The notes under the pieces are model-generated. The model searched no databases. It had not been told where the DNA came from and saw only the letters and a program-made list of their open reading frames with translations. 64,000 nucleotides of DNA, taken from the NCBI GenBank assembly GCA_013003715.1, contig JABDIN010000022.1, forward strand, positions 9,611 to 73,610. Direction: 5' to 3'. Position numbers and translations under genes: made by a program. Position 1 is the first letter of the stretch. Every line of letters begins with the position of its first letter. This document shows, one piece after another, positions 20,109 to 30,205 of this stretch. The DNA comes from Desulfobacteraceae bacterium (GTDB lineage: Bacteria > Desulfobacterota > Desulfobacteria > Desulfobacterales > Desulfosarcinaceae).

Positions 20109-21069
20109 TTGTCGCTGCTCCCTTGGAAAGCGGAAAATGGCATCGTACCATCCCGGTGCCGTCCGGTACCAGGGCCGGACGTTCATCAGAACATCTTTCC
20201 CGGGCAAAATCACAACGGGGATGAAAAAGGCACCCGTGCAGGTGATCGAACTTGCCTGGAACCACACCGGCGATGGTTGGCAGACGCTTCATCCCTGCAC
20301 TTCTTTCCGGTAGAGCGTTGAGCAATGCCGAGGTATAGGGATGTCTGGGGGTATTGAATATCTCTTCAACCGGATGTTTTTCCATGACTTGTCCTGCGTA
20401 CATCACCACTACATGCTCGGCGGTTTCCGCTACCACCGCCATGTCGTGGGTGATTAAAATCAATGCCATATTGTTTTTTTTTTGTAAGTCAATCAGCAGA
20501 TCCAGAATCTGCGCCTGAATGGTCACATCCAGAGCGGTTGTGGGCTCATCGGCAATCAGCAATCGCGGGTTGCAGGCGATGGCCATGGCAATCATCACGC
20601 GTTGGTTCATCCCGCCGGAAAGCTGGTGGGGGAAACTTCTCAATCTTTCCGCTGGTGCGGGGATGCCCACCTGGTCCAACAATTCAATCGTGCGCTGTTT
20701 CCGGGCGGCACGGTCACCGCCTTCATGAACCTTCAAGGCTTCCATGATCTGAAAGCCGACGGTGAAGCAGGGATTGAGACTGGTCATCGGCTCCTGGAAG
20801 ATCATCGAAATTTCCTTGCCGATGAGGCTGCGCCGGTGACGGGCATCCATGGCCAGCACATCCTTGCCGTCGAAGGAGAGCTTTTTCGCCGATACTTTTC
20901 CCGGGTAGGGAATCAATCCCATCAGCGCCAGTTGGGTGACGCTTTTTCCCGAACCGGATTCACCGACAATGCCGACCACCTGGCCCAGTTCAATGGTGAG
21001 GTCCACGTCATCCACGGCCTTGAAACCCGAGAAATCAACTGTCATTTTTTTTATTTCTAATAGTGCCAT
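20101..21069 (-). CDS. dppD: Dipeptide ABC transporter ATP-binding protein DppD
   Basis: [28 protein letters not shown], and C-terminal [14 protein letters not shown]. Its start overlaps the dppC stop by 1 nt (TAATG). Confidence 0.88.
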   Translation of the reverse strand: MALLEIKKMTVDFSGFKAVDDVDLTIELGQVVGIVGESGSGKSVTQLALMGLIPYPGKVSAKKLSFDGKDVLAMDARHRRSLIGKEISMIFQEPMTSLNPCFTVGFQIMEALKVHEGGDRAARKQRTIELLDQVGIPAPAERLRSFPHQLSGGMNQRVMIAMAIACNPRLLIADEPTTALDVTIQAQILDLLIDLQKKNNMALILITHDMAVVAETAEHVVVMYAGQVMEKHPVEEIFNTPRHPYTSALLNALPERSAGMKRLPTIAGVVPGKFDHLHGCLFHPRCDFARERCSDERPALVPDGTGMVRCHFPLSKGAATNE

Positions 21070-21968
21070 TAGCGTTTCAATTTTGGATCCAGGGCGTCGC
21101 GAAGTCCGTCGCCGGCAAGGTTAAAAGCCAAAACGGTCAGCAGAATTGCCAAACCGGGAAAAGTCACCATCCACCAGGCCCGTTGAATGAATTGAAGCGC
21201 ATTGGCGAGCATGGCGCCCCATTCAGGTGTGGGCGGTTGAGCACCCAGACCAAGAAAACCCAGTGCGGCGGCATCGAGGATTGCGGTGGAAAAACCCAGG
21301 GTCGCCTGGACAATTAACGGGGCCATGCAATTCGGCAGGATGACGATGAACATCAAACGGAAGGTGCCGGCGCCGCTGACCGTGGAGGCCGTGACATAAT
21401 CCTTGGTTTTTTCGGACAAAACGGATGCCCGTGTGAGGCGGACATAATGTGGCAGAATGACGATGGCGATGGCCAGGATGGCGTTTCTTAGACTTGGGCC
21501 TAAAATGGTCACAATGGCCATGGCCAGAAGCAAGGCGGGCATGGCCAACATGATATCCATCATCCGCATGATGGCGGTTTCATAATAGCCGCCGATATAC
21601 CCGGAAGTGATGCCCAGCAGTATCCCGGCGGCCAGGGAAATGGTAACGACGATGACCCCCACGAACAGGCTCAGCCGGGCGCCGTAAATGAGGCGGGACA
21701 GTATATCCCGCCCGACATCGTCGGTGCCCAATGGGTATGTCCATATTCCGCCGTCCATCCATGCCGGCGGTTTCAGAATGGCATCCCGGTATTGTTCAAA
21801 GGGGCCATGTGGCGCGATAAAGTTGGCAAAAATCGCCACCAGAATGACAATAACGATATAGTAAAGGCCCACCACGGCACCCTTGTTTTCTTTGAAGTAG
21901 AACCAGAACTCCTTGAGTGGATGAGGCGGCGCAACGGATTGGTTTACATATTCTACAGTATCGCTCAT
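21069..21968 (-). CDS. dppC: Dipeptide ABC transporter permease DppC
   Basis: BPD-transport permease with an N-terminal Dpp/OppC-type segment ([23 protein letters not shown]). 299 aa. Confidence 0.88.
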   Translation of the reverse strand: MSDTVEYVNQSVAPPHPLKEFWFYFKENKGAVVGLYYIVIVILVAIFANFIAPHGPFEQYRDAILKPPAWMDGGIWTYPLGTDDVGRDILSRLIYGARLSLFVGVIVVTISLAAGILLGITSGYIGGYYETAIMRMMDIMLAMPALLLAMAIVTILGPSLRNAILAIAIVILPHYVRLTRASVLSEKTKDYVTASTVSGAGTFRLMFIVILPNCMAPLIVQATLGFSTAILDAAALGFLGLGAQPPTPEWGAMLANALQFIQRAWWMVTFPGLAILLTVLAFNLAGDGLRDALDPKLKR

Positions 21969-21977
21969 GGTTGTTTC

Positions 21978-22988
21978 CTACCGGGTATGCCGTATGCGCG
22001 GGTTGACAATGCCATAAAGGACGTCCACCCCGAGATTGACCAGTATGATCAGGGATGAAATGATTAACACCCCCCCTTGGATGGCTGGATAGTCGCGCCG
22101 ATGAATGGATTCAAGAATCCATTTGCCGATCCCCGGCCAGGCGAAAATCGATTCGGTCAAAATCGCGCCGGCCAGCAGCACACCGGTTTGCAGGCCGATA
22201 ACGGTGATCACCGGGATCGTGGCGTTACGCAGGGCATGGATCATGATCACCCGCCAGGGGGCCAGGCCTTTTGCCCGGGCGGTTCGCACATAATCTTCCT
22301 GCAGCACTTCAAGCATTGAAGATCGTGTCATCCTGGCGATGACGGCCAATGGAATGGTCCCGAGAACCAGGGACGGCAGGATCAAATGCCGTAGTGCTGA
22401 AATCCAAGTGCCTTTTTCCTCGGATCGCAGGGCATCGATGAGCATGAAACCGGTATCCGGCTCGATCCAGAAAAGCGCGGAAATACGCCCGGAAACCGGC
22501 GTCCATCCCAGATAAACCGAAAAAAACAGGATCAGCTGAAGGCCCCACCAGAAAATGGGCATGCTGTAGCCGGTCAAGGATAGTCCCATGACCGAATGGT
22601 CCAGAAACGTTCCGCGTTTGACACCGGCCAAAACACCCATTGGAAGACCCACCGTTATGGCAAAAGTCAAGGCGAAAAGTGATAGTTCCAAGGTGGCGGG
22701 GAAGAGGGTAAGGAATTCTTTGAGCACCGGTTGCTTGGTTACGAGGGACTTGCCGAGGTCGCCCCGCATCACCCCGGTGATGTAATTCAGATACTGAATT
22801 GGTAATGGCTTATCGAGGCCGAGTTGGGCCATGAGCCGTGCATGCCGAACGGGGTCGATGCCGCGTTCACCGGCCATCAATTCAACCGGATCCCCGGGAA
22901 TCAGGTGGATCAATGCAAAGGTCAGCAAGGTCACCCCGATAAATGCGGGGATAATCATGGCAATGCGTCGGAATAAAAATCGAATCAT
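21978..22988 (-). CDS. dppB: Dipeptide ABC transporter permease DppB
   Basis: MIRFLFRRIAMIIPAFIGVTLLTFALIHLIPGDPV..., the typical DppB/OppB N-terminus. 336 aa. Confidence 0.88.
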   Translation of the reverse strand: MIRFLFRRIAMIIPAFIGVTLLTFALIHLIPGDPVELMAGERGIDPVRHARLMAQLGLDKPLPIQYLNYITGVMRGDLGKSLVTKQPVLKEFLTLFPATLELSLFALTFAITVGLPMGVLAGVKRGTFLDHSVMGLSLTGYSMPIFWWGLQLILFFSVYLGWTPVSGRISALFWIEPDTGFMLIDALRSEEKGTWISALRHLILPSLVLGTIPLAVIARMTRSSMLEVLQEDYVRTARAKGLAPWRVIMIHALRNATIPVITVIGLQTGVLLAGAILTESIFAWPGIGKWILESIHRRDYPAIQGGVLIISSLIILVNLGVDVLYGIVNPRIRHTR

Positions 22989-23013
22989 GCGTCACTTCGT
23001 AATTATTTGGGCT

Positions 23014-23053
23014 GTAAAAAGAAAGCAGAGGGAAGGAGGGACCTCCCCTCTGC
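23014..23053 (-). terminator. Intercistronic intrinsic terminator/attenuator between dppA and dppB
   Basis: Minus-strand RNA GCAGAGGGGAGG-UCCCU-CCUCCUUCCCUCUGC forms a 12-bp stem (one G-U pair) with a 5-nt loop. It is followed by UUUCUUUUU and lies in the 84-nt dppA-dppB gap. Confidence 0.7.
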
Positions 23054-23072
23054 TACAGTGCTAGGATAACGG

Positions 23073-24665
23073 TTACTTCATTTCCACGTGGTAAAATTCA
23101 TGATTGCCGAACGGGTCGACTTTATAACCCGATACATTTTTTGCTGCGGGGATAAAAACGATGGAATGTGCAGTGGTTACCCACGGCGCCTGTTCTTTGA
23201 AGACAACCTGTGCTTCTTCATACAGACGGGTTCTTTCAGTAACGTCAGTGGTGATTTTGGCTTTCTGAATCAGGTCGTCAAAAGGCTTGTAGCACCATTG
23301 GGCGCGGTTGGAAGAACCCACTGCATCGCAACCCAGCAGCACGGCCAGAAAGTTGTCCGGATCGCCGTTGTCGCCGGTCCAGCCCAGAAGAACGGTTTCG
23401 TGTTCACCACTCATGGAGCGTCTGAGGTATTCACCCCATTCATAGGTAACGATTTTGGCTTTTACACCAACTTTTGCCCAATCCGCCTGGATGACTTCCG
23501 CCATGCGCCGGGCATTGGGGTTGTAGGGGCGTTGTACCGGCATGGCCCAGATATCGGTCTCAAATCCACCGGCCAGTCCGGCTTCAGCAAGGAGTTTCTT
23601 GGCGGCCGCCGGATCGTAGGGATAATCTTCAACCTTGTCGTTGTAGGACCAGATGGTCGGCGGCAGGGGGTTCTTGGCGATTTTTCCTGCACCCTGGAAT
23701 ACGGCATCGATGATGGCCTGCTTGTTGATGGCCATGTTCAGGGCCTGTCGAACCTTAACGTTGTCATAGGGTTTTTTGGCGGTATTGAAGGCCAGGTATC
23801 CGACATTGAGGCCTTCCTGTTGCATCAGGTTGATATTAGCGTCTTTTTCCATCATTGCCAGATCCGCGGGATACGGATAGGGCATGAGATGGCATTCGCC
23901 GGCTTTGAGTTTTGCATATCGGACCGATGCGTCGGGTGTGATGGAGAATACCAGCTGATCGATTTTGGCTTTGCCTCTCCAGTAATCCGGATTGGCTTTA
24001 TATCGGATAACAGCATCTTTCTGATATTGCACCAGAACGAAGGGACCGGTTCCCACCGGGTCCAGATCCACTTTTTCAGGTGTGCCTTTGGCCATCATAG
24101 CGTCGGCGTATTCGCCTGACAGGATGGAGGCGAACTCCATGGCCATGTTGGCGACAAACGGCGCTTCCGGACGATTCAGATTGAAGACGACGGTATAATC
24201 GCCTTTTTTCTCGATGCTTTTGATCAGTTTGTCCATGCTCATACTGGTGAAGTATTCATAGCTGCCGCCGGATACCTTGTGATACGGATGGTTGGGGTCA
24301 AACTGCCGGTTGAAGGAGTACAGAACGTCATCCGCGTTGAAGTCGCGGGTGGGCTTGAAGTCCTTTTTGGTATGAAACTTGACGCCTTTTCTCAGGTTGA
24401 ATGTGTATGTCTTTCCGTCGCTGGACACATTCCAGGATTCCGCCAGGCCGGGAATGGTGTCGGTGGTACCATACTCGAACAGCACCAGACGATCATAAAC
24501 GGCACGGCAGGCATCAAACGTGGTACCCGAGGTATACAATGACGGGTTGAAACCTTCAGGGCTGCCTTCGGAACAATACACACAGGTCGCCGCATAGGCG
24601 GATGTGCCGAAGCTCAGGAACAACAGGGCTGCACACAGTGCAACCAATCCTTTTCGATAACTCAT
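23073..24665 (-). CDS. dppA: Dipeptide-binding periplasmic protein DppA
   Basis: Start at ATG 24665 (MSYRKGLVALCAALLFLSFGTSAYA), preceded by AAGGAGGAG. Long runs match my recollection of E. coli DppA (YCSEGSPEGFNP, KVSGGSYEYF, AMPVQRPYNPNARRMAE, IQADWAKVGV, GWTGDNGDPDNF). Confidence 0.9.
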   Translation of the reverse strand: MSYRKGLVALCAALLFLSFGTSAYAATCVYCSEGSPEGFNPSLYTSGTTFDACRAVYDRLVLFEYGTTDTIPGLAESWNVSSDGKTYTFNLRKGVKFHTKKDFKPTRDFNADDVLYSFNRQFDPNHPYHKVSGGSYEYFTSMSMDKLIKSIEKKGDYTVVFNLNRPEAPFVANMAMEFASILSGEYADAMMAKGTPEKVDLDPVGTGPFVLVQYQKDAVIRYKANPDYWRGKAKIDQLVFSITPDASVRYAKLKAGECHLMPYPYPADLAMMEKDANINLMQQEGLNVGYLAFNTAKKPYDNVKVRQALNMAINKQAIIDAVFQGAGKIAKNPLPPTIWSYNDKVEDYPYDPAAAKKLLAEAGLAGGFETDIWAMPVQRPYNPNARRMAEVIQADWAKVGVKAKIVTYEWGEYLRRSMSGEHETVLLGWTGDNGDPDNFLAVLLGCDAVGSSNRAQWCYKPFDDLIQKAKITTDVTERTRLYEEAQVVFKEQAPWVTTAHSIVFIPAAKNVSGYKVDPFGNHEFYHVEMK

Positions 24666-25015
24666 TGTCTCTCCTCCTTGGAATGAATGGTTATTGTGAT
24701 CAAGAGCAATCATGGAGATGCTCTGTTGCCGAATTCTGTAAAGGTGAATTAAAAATCAAACTCAAGTGAAATTTATGTTGCAACCAATATCATATTGTCG
24801 CACCATGTCAAGCGTGATATAAGGGAGTCTCCGGTCATCTCCGTATGAAAAAACCAGCAATTTTATGAGTGGGGTAAGGTCTGCCCGATATGCATCGGTC
24901 CGGACTTTTTTCAGGGGGGGCTCACCGGCCCGACTTGAATTTTTGGCAGCGGCCGACGAGCCTTCCGTAGCCGATAGGATTGGTATACACTGTAGTACCG
25001 GGAAAAGCGAACTTT

Positions 25016-26419
25016 ATGTTTAGGTCAAGCATCTATCGGCAACGAAGACAGGTATTGAAAGACAAGGTCCAAACCGGGTGTATCGTCTTTACCGGCAACC
25101 GCCGCAGTCCCATCAATTACGCCGGCAATACCTATCCTTTCCGGCAGGACAGTTCGTTTTTATATTATTTCGGCCTGGATATGCCGGATCTGGCCGCCCT
25201 CATCGATGTTGATGGAGATGCCGATATCATATTCGGTGACGATCCGACCATGGATGACATCATTTGGGAAGGGCCGTCCCCCACGCTCGGGCAATGGTGC
25301 GAAAAAACCGGAATTTCGGCGAATTCCGGATCGGCCGGCCTGCAGCGCACCCTGGAAGAAGCCCTGACAGCCGACCGGCCCATACATTTTCTCCCCCAGT
25401 ACCAAGCCGGCAATGCTATGAAATTGGCTCAAATGCTGAACCTGCCGGTTGCCGAACTTGCCGAAAAGGCTTCCCCTGAGCTGTTGTCCGCTGTTATCGA
25501 TCAGCGATCCATTAAAACCGAACCTGAAATCGAGCAGATCGAAGCCGCCCTGGACATCAGTTTTATAATGCACACCACCGCCATGAGAATGTCCTCTCCC
25601 GGCCAGTATGAACGGGAGATCGCCGGCGCTGTTTCATCAATCGCCTTTGCCGCATCCGGTCGGATGCCGGCTTTTCCCATCATTTTTTCCATAGACGGGC
25701 AAACCCTGCACAACCATTCCCATGCGAATTTGATGCAGGAGGGGGATATGATCGTTCACGATTCGGGGGCCGAGTCCCCCTTGGGATATGCCAGTGATAT
25801 CACACGGACGATACCGGTCTCCGGAGAATTTACACCGCTTCAGAAAGATATCTATACCATGGTGCTTCGGATGCAGGCTGCCGCTTTTGCCGCCATGAAG
25901 CCGGGCATCGCATACCGGGATGTGCATTTGACAGCCTGCCGGCAACTGGCGGCGGACCTTGTGGACCTCGACTTATATACCGGTGATGTGGAAGCCATCG
26001 TGGAATCCGGCGCCCATGCCCTGCTATTTCCCCATGGACTGGGGCATATGCTGGGACTTGATGTGCACGATATGGAAGGGTTGGGGGAAGATTTGGTGGG
26101 ATATGACCGTCGGATCCGGCGCAGCCCCCAATTCGGAATATCGTATCTGAGGCTGGGTAAAGTTCTCGAATCCGGATTCGTGGTGACCGTGGAGCCCGGT
26201 ATTTATTTTATTCCCAAACTCATCGAACGGTGGAAAGCGGAAAAAAAATTCGAGGAATACATCAATTACGACCATATCACGGACCTGATGGATTTTGGGG
26301 GCATTCGCCTCGAGGATGATATCCTTGTCACGGAGAGCGGGATCCGTGTTCTCGGCCCGCCGATTCCCCGCACCATCGACGAGGTGGAGGCCTGCTGCGG
26401 CGAGCTGATAAGGTCCTAG
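25016..26419 (+). CDS. Xaa-Pro aminopeptidase (M24B family)
   Basis: M24 metal-ligand context (HDSGAES...ASDITRT, HGLGHMLGLDVHD, VVTVEPGIY, GIRLEDDILVT). ATG 25016 is preferred over the TTG at 24980. Confidence 0.85.
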   Translation: MFRSSIYRQRRQVLKDKVQTGCIVFTGNRRSPINYAGNTYPFRQDSSFLYYFGLDMPDLAALIDVDGDADIIFGDDPTMDDIIWEGPSPTLGQWCEKTGISANSGSAGLQRTLEEALTADRPIHFLPQYQAGNAMKLAQMLNLPVAELAEKASPELLSAVIDQRSIKTEPEIEQIEAALDISFIMHTTAMRMSSPGQYEREIAGAVSSIAFAASGRMPAFPIIFSIDGQTLHNHSHANLMQEGDMIVHDSGAESPLGYASDITRTIPVSGEFTPLQKDIYTMVLRMQAAAFAAMKPGIAYRDVHLTACRQLAADLVDLDLYTGDVEAIVESGAHALLFPHGLGHMLGLDVHDMEGLGEDLVGYDRRIRRSPQFGISYLRLGKVLESGFVVTVEPGIYFIPKLIERWKAEKKFEEYINYDHITDLMDFGGIRLEDDILVTESGIRVLGPPIPRTIDEVEACCGELIRS

Positions 26420-26519
26420 ATATTCCTGCGGATCCATCCGGCCGGTAATTAAGTATAGTTTGGAATTGATAAAAAAAGATCTAATATTTTCATGGAATCA
26501 TGAAATTTTAATTTGAAGA

Positions 26520-26549
26520 TTGACAAATCCATGAGAAATCAAGTAATTT
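26520..26549 (+). promoter_or_regulatory. Sigma-70-type promoter candidate for the second peptide ABC operon
   Basis: TTGACA (26520-26525), 18-nt spacer, TAATTT (26544-26549), in an AT-rich 225-bp intergenic region upstream of the binding-protein gene. Confidence 0.35.
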
Positions 26550-26645
26550 GCAGATTTATAAAAGTGAATTTTTAGGATTGCCCTGTTCCTGAATCAGATC
26601 TGTCATAGGGGCGTTGGCCATAATTGAAAAATCACAGGAGGGATC

Positions 26646-28202
26646 ATGAGAAAACTAATCGTATTGGCACTAACTTGTGCATTGGTTTTATCGTTTGGCG
26701 CCACAGTCGGGGCTAAAGTCTTAAAATTAGCCCTTGACGCAGACCCCAAAACCCTGGATATCCAGGAACAATTATCCGGCGGCACCTTGCAGTTTTCCCA
26801 CTGGGTATTCGACCCTCTGGTACGCTACCGTCAGGACATGAGTTTTGAACCGCGTCTGGCTGAAAAGTGGGAACGCATTGATGATCTTACCGTCCGTTTT
26901 TCGCTGAGAAAAGGGGTCACCTTCCATTCCGGCAATCCGTTCACGGCAAAAGATGTCAAATTTACCCTGGACCGCTTCAACAACAGCCCGGATTTCAAAG
27001 GCCTGTTCGAACCATTTGCCGAATCCGTAATTGTCGATGATTTCACCATAGACATCAAAACCAAGAAACCCTATCCGTTGATGCTCAACATGATGACCTA
27101 TGTTTTTCCCATGGACAGCATTTACTATACGGGAACGGATGATCAGGGGAAACCCAAAGACGCGCTGCTGAAAGTCGGCTATACCTATGCCAAGACAGCC
27201 TTGCCCAGCGGTACCGGCGCTTTCCGCTGCATTTACCGTGAACATGGTGTGAAAATGTTATTGAGCCGGTATACGGACTATTGGGATAAGGGCTCTCCGG
27301 GTAATGTGACGGAAATTATTCTTGCGCCGATCAAGGAAGAGGCCACTCGCGTGGCGGCGCTTCTGGCTGGTGATGTGGATTTTATCATGCCCGTACCACC
27401 CCAGGATTTTGCCCGTCTTAAAAAAGACAAAAAAGTTGAACTTTTCACTTACACCGGCGGCCGGATTATTACGGTTCAAATGAATCAAAATCGCCTGGAG
27501 CCCCTTAAGGATGCCCGTGTCCGTCAGGCCATCGTTTATGCGGTCAACAATGCCGGCATCAGTAAAAAGATAATGAAAGGCACAGCAACCGTGGCAGGCC
27601 AGATGAGCCCCAAGGGATATTATGGGTACAAGGAAAGCCTGGTCCCGCGATATGATCTGTCAAAAGCAAAAAAACTGATGAAGGAAGCCGGATATGCCAA
27701 AGGTTTCGAAGCGACGATGATTGCACCCAATAACCGTTATGTAAATGACGAAAAAATTGCGGAAGCATTTGTTTCCATGGTGTCCAAAATCGGCATTAAA
27801 ATAAATCTGAAAACCATGCCCAAAGCCCAGTACTGGGATGAATTCGACCGGCAACCGGCTGATTTCCAGATGATCGGCTGGCACTCGGATACGGAAGACT
27901 CCGGCAATTTTTATGAGTACCTGCTGATGTGCCCAGGCAAGGAAACCGGCTATGGCCAATATAACAGCGGAAACTATTGCAATCCGAAGGTCGATGAGTT
28001 GACCCTGGCCTGCCAGAGCGAGACCGACCTGGAAAAGCGCGCCATGATGCTTCAGGAAATCGAACAGATCATCTATGATGACGCCGCATATATACCGTTC
28101 CATTGGCAGAACCACTCCTATGGTGTGAAAAAAGGCGTTAAAGCCCAGGCGATTATCAATACCCTGAATTTTCCCTACCTGGGAGACCTGGTTGTTGAAT
28201 AG
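26646..28202 (+). CDS. ABC transporter substrate-binding protein, family 5 (peptide/nickel type)
   Basis: RBS AGGAGGG. Signal peptide (MRKLIVLALTCALVLSFGATVGA). Family-5 SBP pattern (LKLALDADPKTLD..., FHSGNPFTAKDVKFTLDR). 518 aa. Confidence 0.85.
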   Translation: MRKLIVLALTCALVLSFGATVGAKVLKLALDADPKTLDIQEQLSGGTLQFSHWVFDPLVRYRQDMSFEPRLAEKWERIDDLTVRFSLRKGVTFHSGNPFTAKDVKFTLDRFNNSPDFKGLFEPFAESVIVDDFTIDIKTKKPYPLMLNMMTYVFPMDSIYYTGTDDQGKPKDALLKVGYTYAKTALPSGTGAFRCIYREHGVKMLLSRYTDYWDKGSPGNVTEIILAPIKEEATRVAALLAGDVDFIMPVPPQDFARLKKDKKVELFTYTGGRIITVQMNQNRLEPLKDARVRQAIVYAVNNAGISKKIMKGTATVAGQMSPKGYYGYKESLVPRYDLSKAKKLMKEAGYAKGFEATMIAPNNRYVNDEKIAEAFVSMVSKIGIKINLKTMPKAQYWDEFDRQPADFQMIGWHSDTEDSGNFYEYLLMCPGKETGYGQYNSGNYCNPKVDELTLACQSETDLEKRAMMLQEIEQIIYDDAAYIPFHWQNHSYGVKKGVKAQAIINTLNFPYLGDLVVE

Positions 28203-28243
28203 CCCGTACTTTTAAAATGTTCCATTGTCGTTAAAAAAGGTTT

Positions 28244-28286
28244 ATGGGGCAGAAATACGCCGCATCAAGCGGTCGATCTGCCCCAT
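28244..28286 (+). promoter_or_regulatory. Intercistronic stem-loop between the binding-protein and permease genes
   Basis: 10-bp perfect inverted repeat, atggggcaga (28244-28253) and tctgccccat (28277-28286), enclosing a smaller ccgc/gcgg hairpin. Only a weak T-tract follows (cccttta). Confidence 0.5.
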
Positions 28287-28314
28287 CCCTTTATATTGAG
28301 AGATAAAATCAAAC

Positions 28315-29289
28315 ATGTTTGCATTTATCGTCAGGCGAATCATCCAATCCATCGTCGTCATGCTGGTGATCAGTTTCATCGGTTTTTCCGTCCAGCACAA
28401 TATCGGTGATCCGGTTCGGGATATGGTCGGGGAGCGGGTTTCCGTAGAGGAACGTGAAGCCATCCGTGACAAACTCGGGCTGAATGACCCCTTTTGGACC
28501 CAGTACATCCGGTTTGTGGGGAACGCGGCAAAGGGGGATCTGGGCACTTCATATTTTCACAGCAAGCCCACCCTTCAGGTCATATTATCCAAGGCACCGG
28601 CAACATTGGAATTGGTCCTGGTGTCCTCCATCATCATCATTTTGTTGACCTTTCCCATCGGGATTTATTCCGCTTTGTTTCCCCGGAGCCTCTTTTCGAA
28701 AATCGTTATGGGATTCAGTACCATTGGTGTCGCTGTACCGGTGTTTCTCACCGCTATTGTCCTGATCTATATATTCGGTGTGGAACTGAACTGGCTGCCG
28801 GCCTACGGCCGGGGCGAGACCGTCAATATCTGGGGATGGGAGACCGGCCTGTTGACCTGGGACGGCCTAAGGCATTTGATCCTGCCCAGTCTGTCCCTCT
28901 CTTCCATCATGCTGCCGTTGTATATTCGCCTGATTCGATCTGAAATGATGGAAGTGCTTGAGACCGAATACATAAAGTTTGCGTGGGCCAAAGGGTTGAA
29001 CAAAAACCGCGTGTGGCTCGTACATGCGTTTAAAAATACCCTGCTTCCGGTGGTAACGGTGTTTGGTGTTGAAATCGGCATCCTGTTCGCCTTCACGTTG
29101 CTCACGGAAACGGTTTTCCAATGGCAGGGTATGGGATTCATGTTCCTGGAAGCTGTTGAACGCTCGGATACCGCCCTTTTAGTGGCTTATTTAATGGTTG
29201 TCGGCGGCATGTTCGTGCTGATCAATACGGTGATCGATGTCATATACGGATTTATCAATCCGATGGTAAGGATAGCGGGCGCAAAATGA
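28315..29289 (+). CDS. Peptide ABC transporter permease (DppB/OppB-like)
   Basis: MFAFIVRRIIQSIVVMLVISFIGFSVQHNIGDPV..., the typical OppB/DppB N-terminus. 324 aa. Overlaps the next gene by 4 nt. Confidence 0.88.
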   Translation: MFAFIVRRIIQSIVVMLVISFIGFSVQHNIGDPVRDMVGERVSVEEREAIRDKLGLNDPFWTQYIRFVGNAAKGDLGTSYFHSKPTLQVILSKAPATLELVLVSSIIIILLTFPIGIYSALFPRSLFSKIVMGFSTIGVAVPVFLTAIVLIYIFGVELNWLPAYGRGETVNIWGWETGLLTWDGLRHLILPSLSLSSIMLPLYIRLIRSEMMEVLETEYIKFAWAKGLNKNRVWLVHAFKNTLLPVVTVFGVEIGILFAFTLLTETVFQWQGMGFMFLEAVERSDTALLVAYLMVVGGMFVLINTVIDVIYGFINPMVRIAGAK

Positions 29290-30203
29290 AAAGATGGCAA
29301 AGATTTAAAAGTTCGTATTTTCTTTATAGTTTCAGACGGGACCCTGTGGCGGTATCAAGCTTCACGGTGTTCTTTTTGCTGGTGGCCGTGGCCTTCCTCG
29401 CACCGGTCATTGCGCCTTTCAATCCTTATGATACGACCATAATTGATATCATGGATGCCGAGATCGCCCCTTCCTGGATGGAAGGCGGGGAGGACCGGTT
29501 CTGGCTCGGAACGGATATCCAGGGCCGAGACCTCTTCTCCACCATGCTCTATGGTTTGAGAACATCGGTCATTATCGGGCTAGGTGCTGTGATATTCCAG
29601 GCGATTCTGGGAATTTCCGTGGGATTGACTTCCGGATACCTGGGGGGCCGGATCGACGCATTTTTCATGCGGATTGCAGACATCCAGTTCTCAATTCCCT
29701 ATCTCATCGTTGCCATTATCACCAGTGCCATATTTCAATTGGCTTTTGGTGTCGGTCGATTTGAACAGATGGCAATGCCGCTGCTCATCGTCATCATCGG
29801 AATGTCCGAATGGCCGAAATATGCACGTACGGTGCGTGCGTCCGTGCTTGGGGAGAAAAACAAGGAATATGTGGAAGCGGCACGGGTGATCGGCCTGAAT
29901 CGCCGCATCATCATGTTCCGGCATATTTTACCCAACACGCTTACGCCGGTGCTTGTCATTTCCACGATCCAGGTCGCCCAGGCGGTCATGAGCGAAGCGG
30001 CACTCTCGTTTCTGGGATTGGGAATGCCGATAACGAAGCCGTCATTAGGCTCCTTGATCAATGCCGGATTTGAGTATGTGTTCAGCGGTTCCTGGTGGAT
30101 TACTTTTTTCCCGGGGATTTTGCTTGTTGTGTTTACTTTGGTGATCATTCTTTTTGGGGACTGGTTGCGGGATGTGCTCAACCCCAAGCTGTATAAGGGA
30201 TAG
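29286..30203 (+). CDS. Peptide ABC transporter permease (DppC/OppC-like)
   Basis: WLGTDIQGRDLFSTMLYGLRTSV OppC-type N-terminal motif. 305 aa. Confidence 0.88.
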   Translation: MKRWQRFKSSYFLYSFRRDPVAVSSFTVFFLLVAVAFLAPVIAPFNPYDTTIIDIMDAEIAPSWMEGGEDRFWLGTDIQGRDLFSTMLYGLRTSVIIGLGAVIFQAILGISVGLTSGYLGGRIDAFFMRIADIQFSIPYLIVAIITSAIFQLAFGVGRFEQMAMPLLIVIIGMSEWPKYARTVRASVLGEKNKEYVEAARVIGLNRRIIMFRHILPNTLTPVLVISTIQVAQAVMSEAALSFLGLGMPITKPSLGSLINAGFEYVFSGSWWITFFPGILLVVFTLVIILFGDWLRDVLNPKLYKG

Positions 30204-30205
30204 AT

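Noticed and set aside
23088-24119. A 343-aa ORF on the plus strand. Similar long antisense ORFs occur at 48908-49786, 54278-55111, 29735-30565, 59417-60052, 37235-37978, 40752-41399 and 8537-9181.
   Set aside because: Each lies antisense to a gene with unmistakable family motifs (dppA, rhodanese, M55 peptidase, permease/ATPase, pepN, ilvN, AKR, panC). Their translations are low-complexity or Arg/Gly/His-rich with no motifs. They are typical shadow ORFs of moderately GC-rich coding DNA.
24780-24815. A sigma-70 promoter for dppA (TTGACA on the minus strand at 24811-24806).
   Set aside because: The best -10 candidates give either an 11-nt spacer (TATGAT) or a poor hexamer (TATTGG at 16 nt). This is not convincing without a mapped transcription start.
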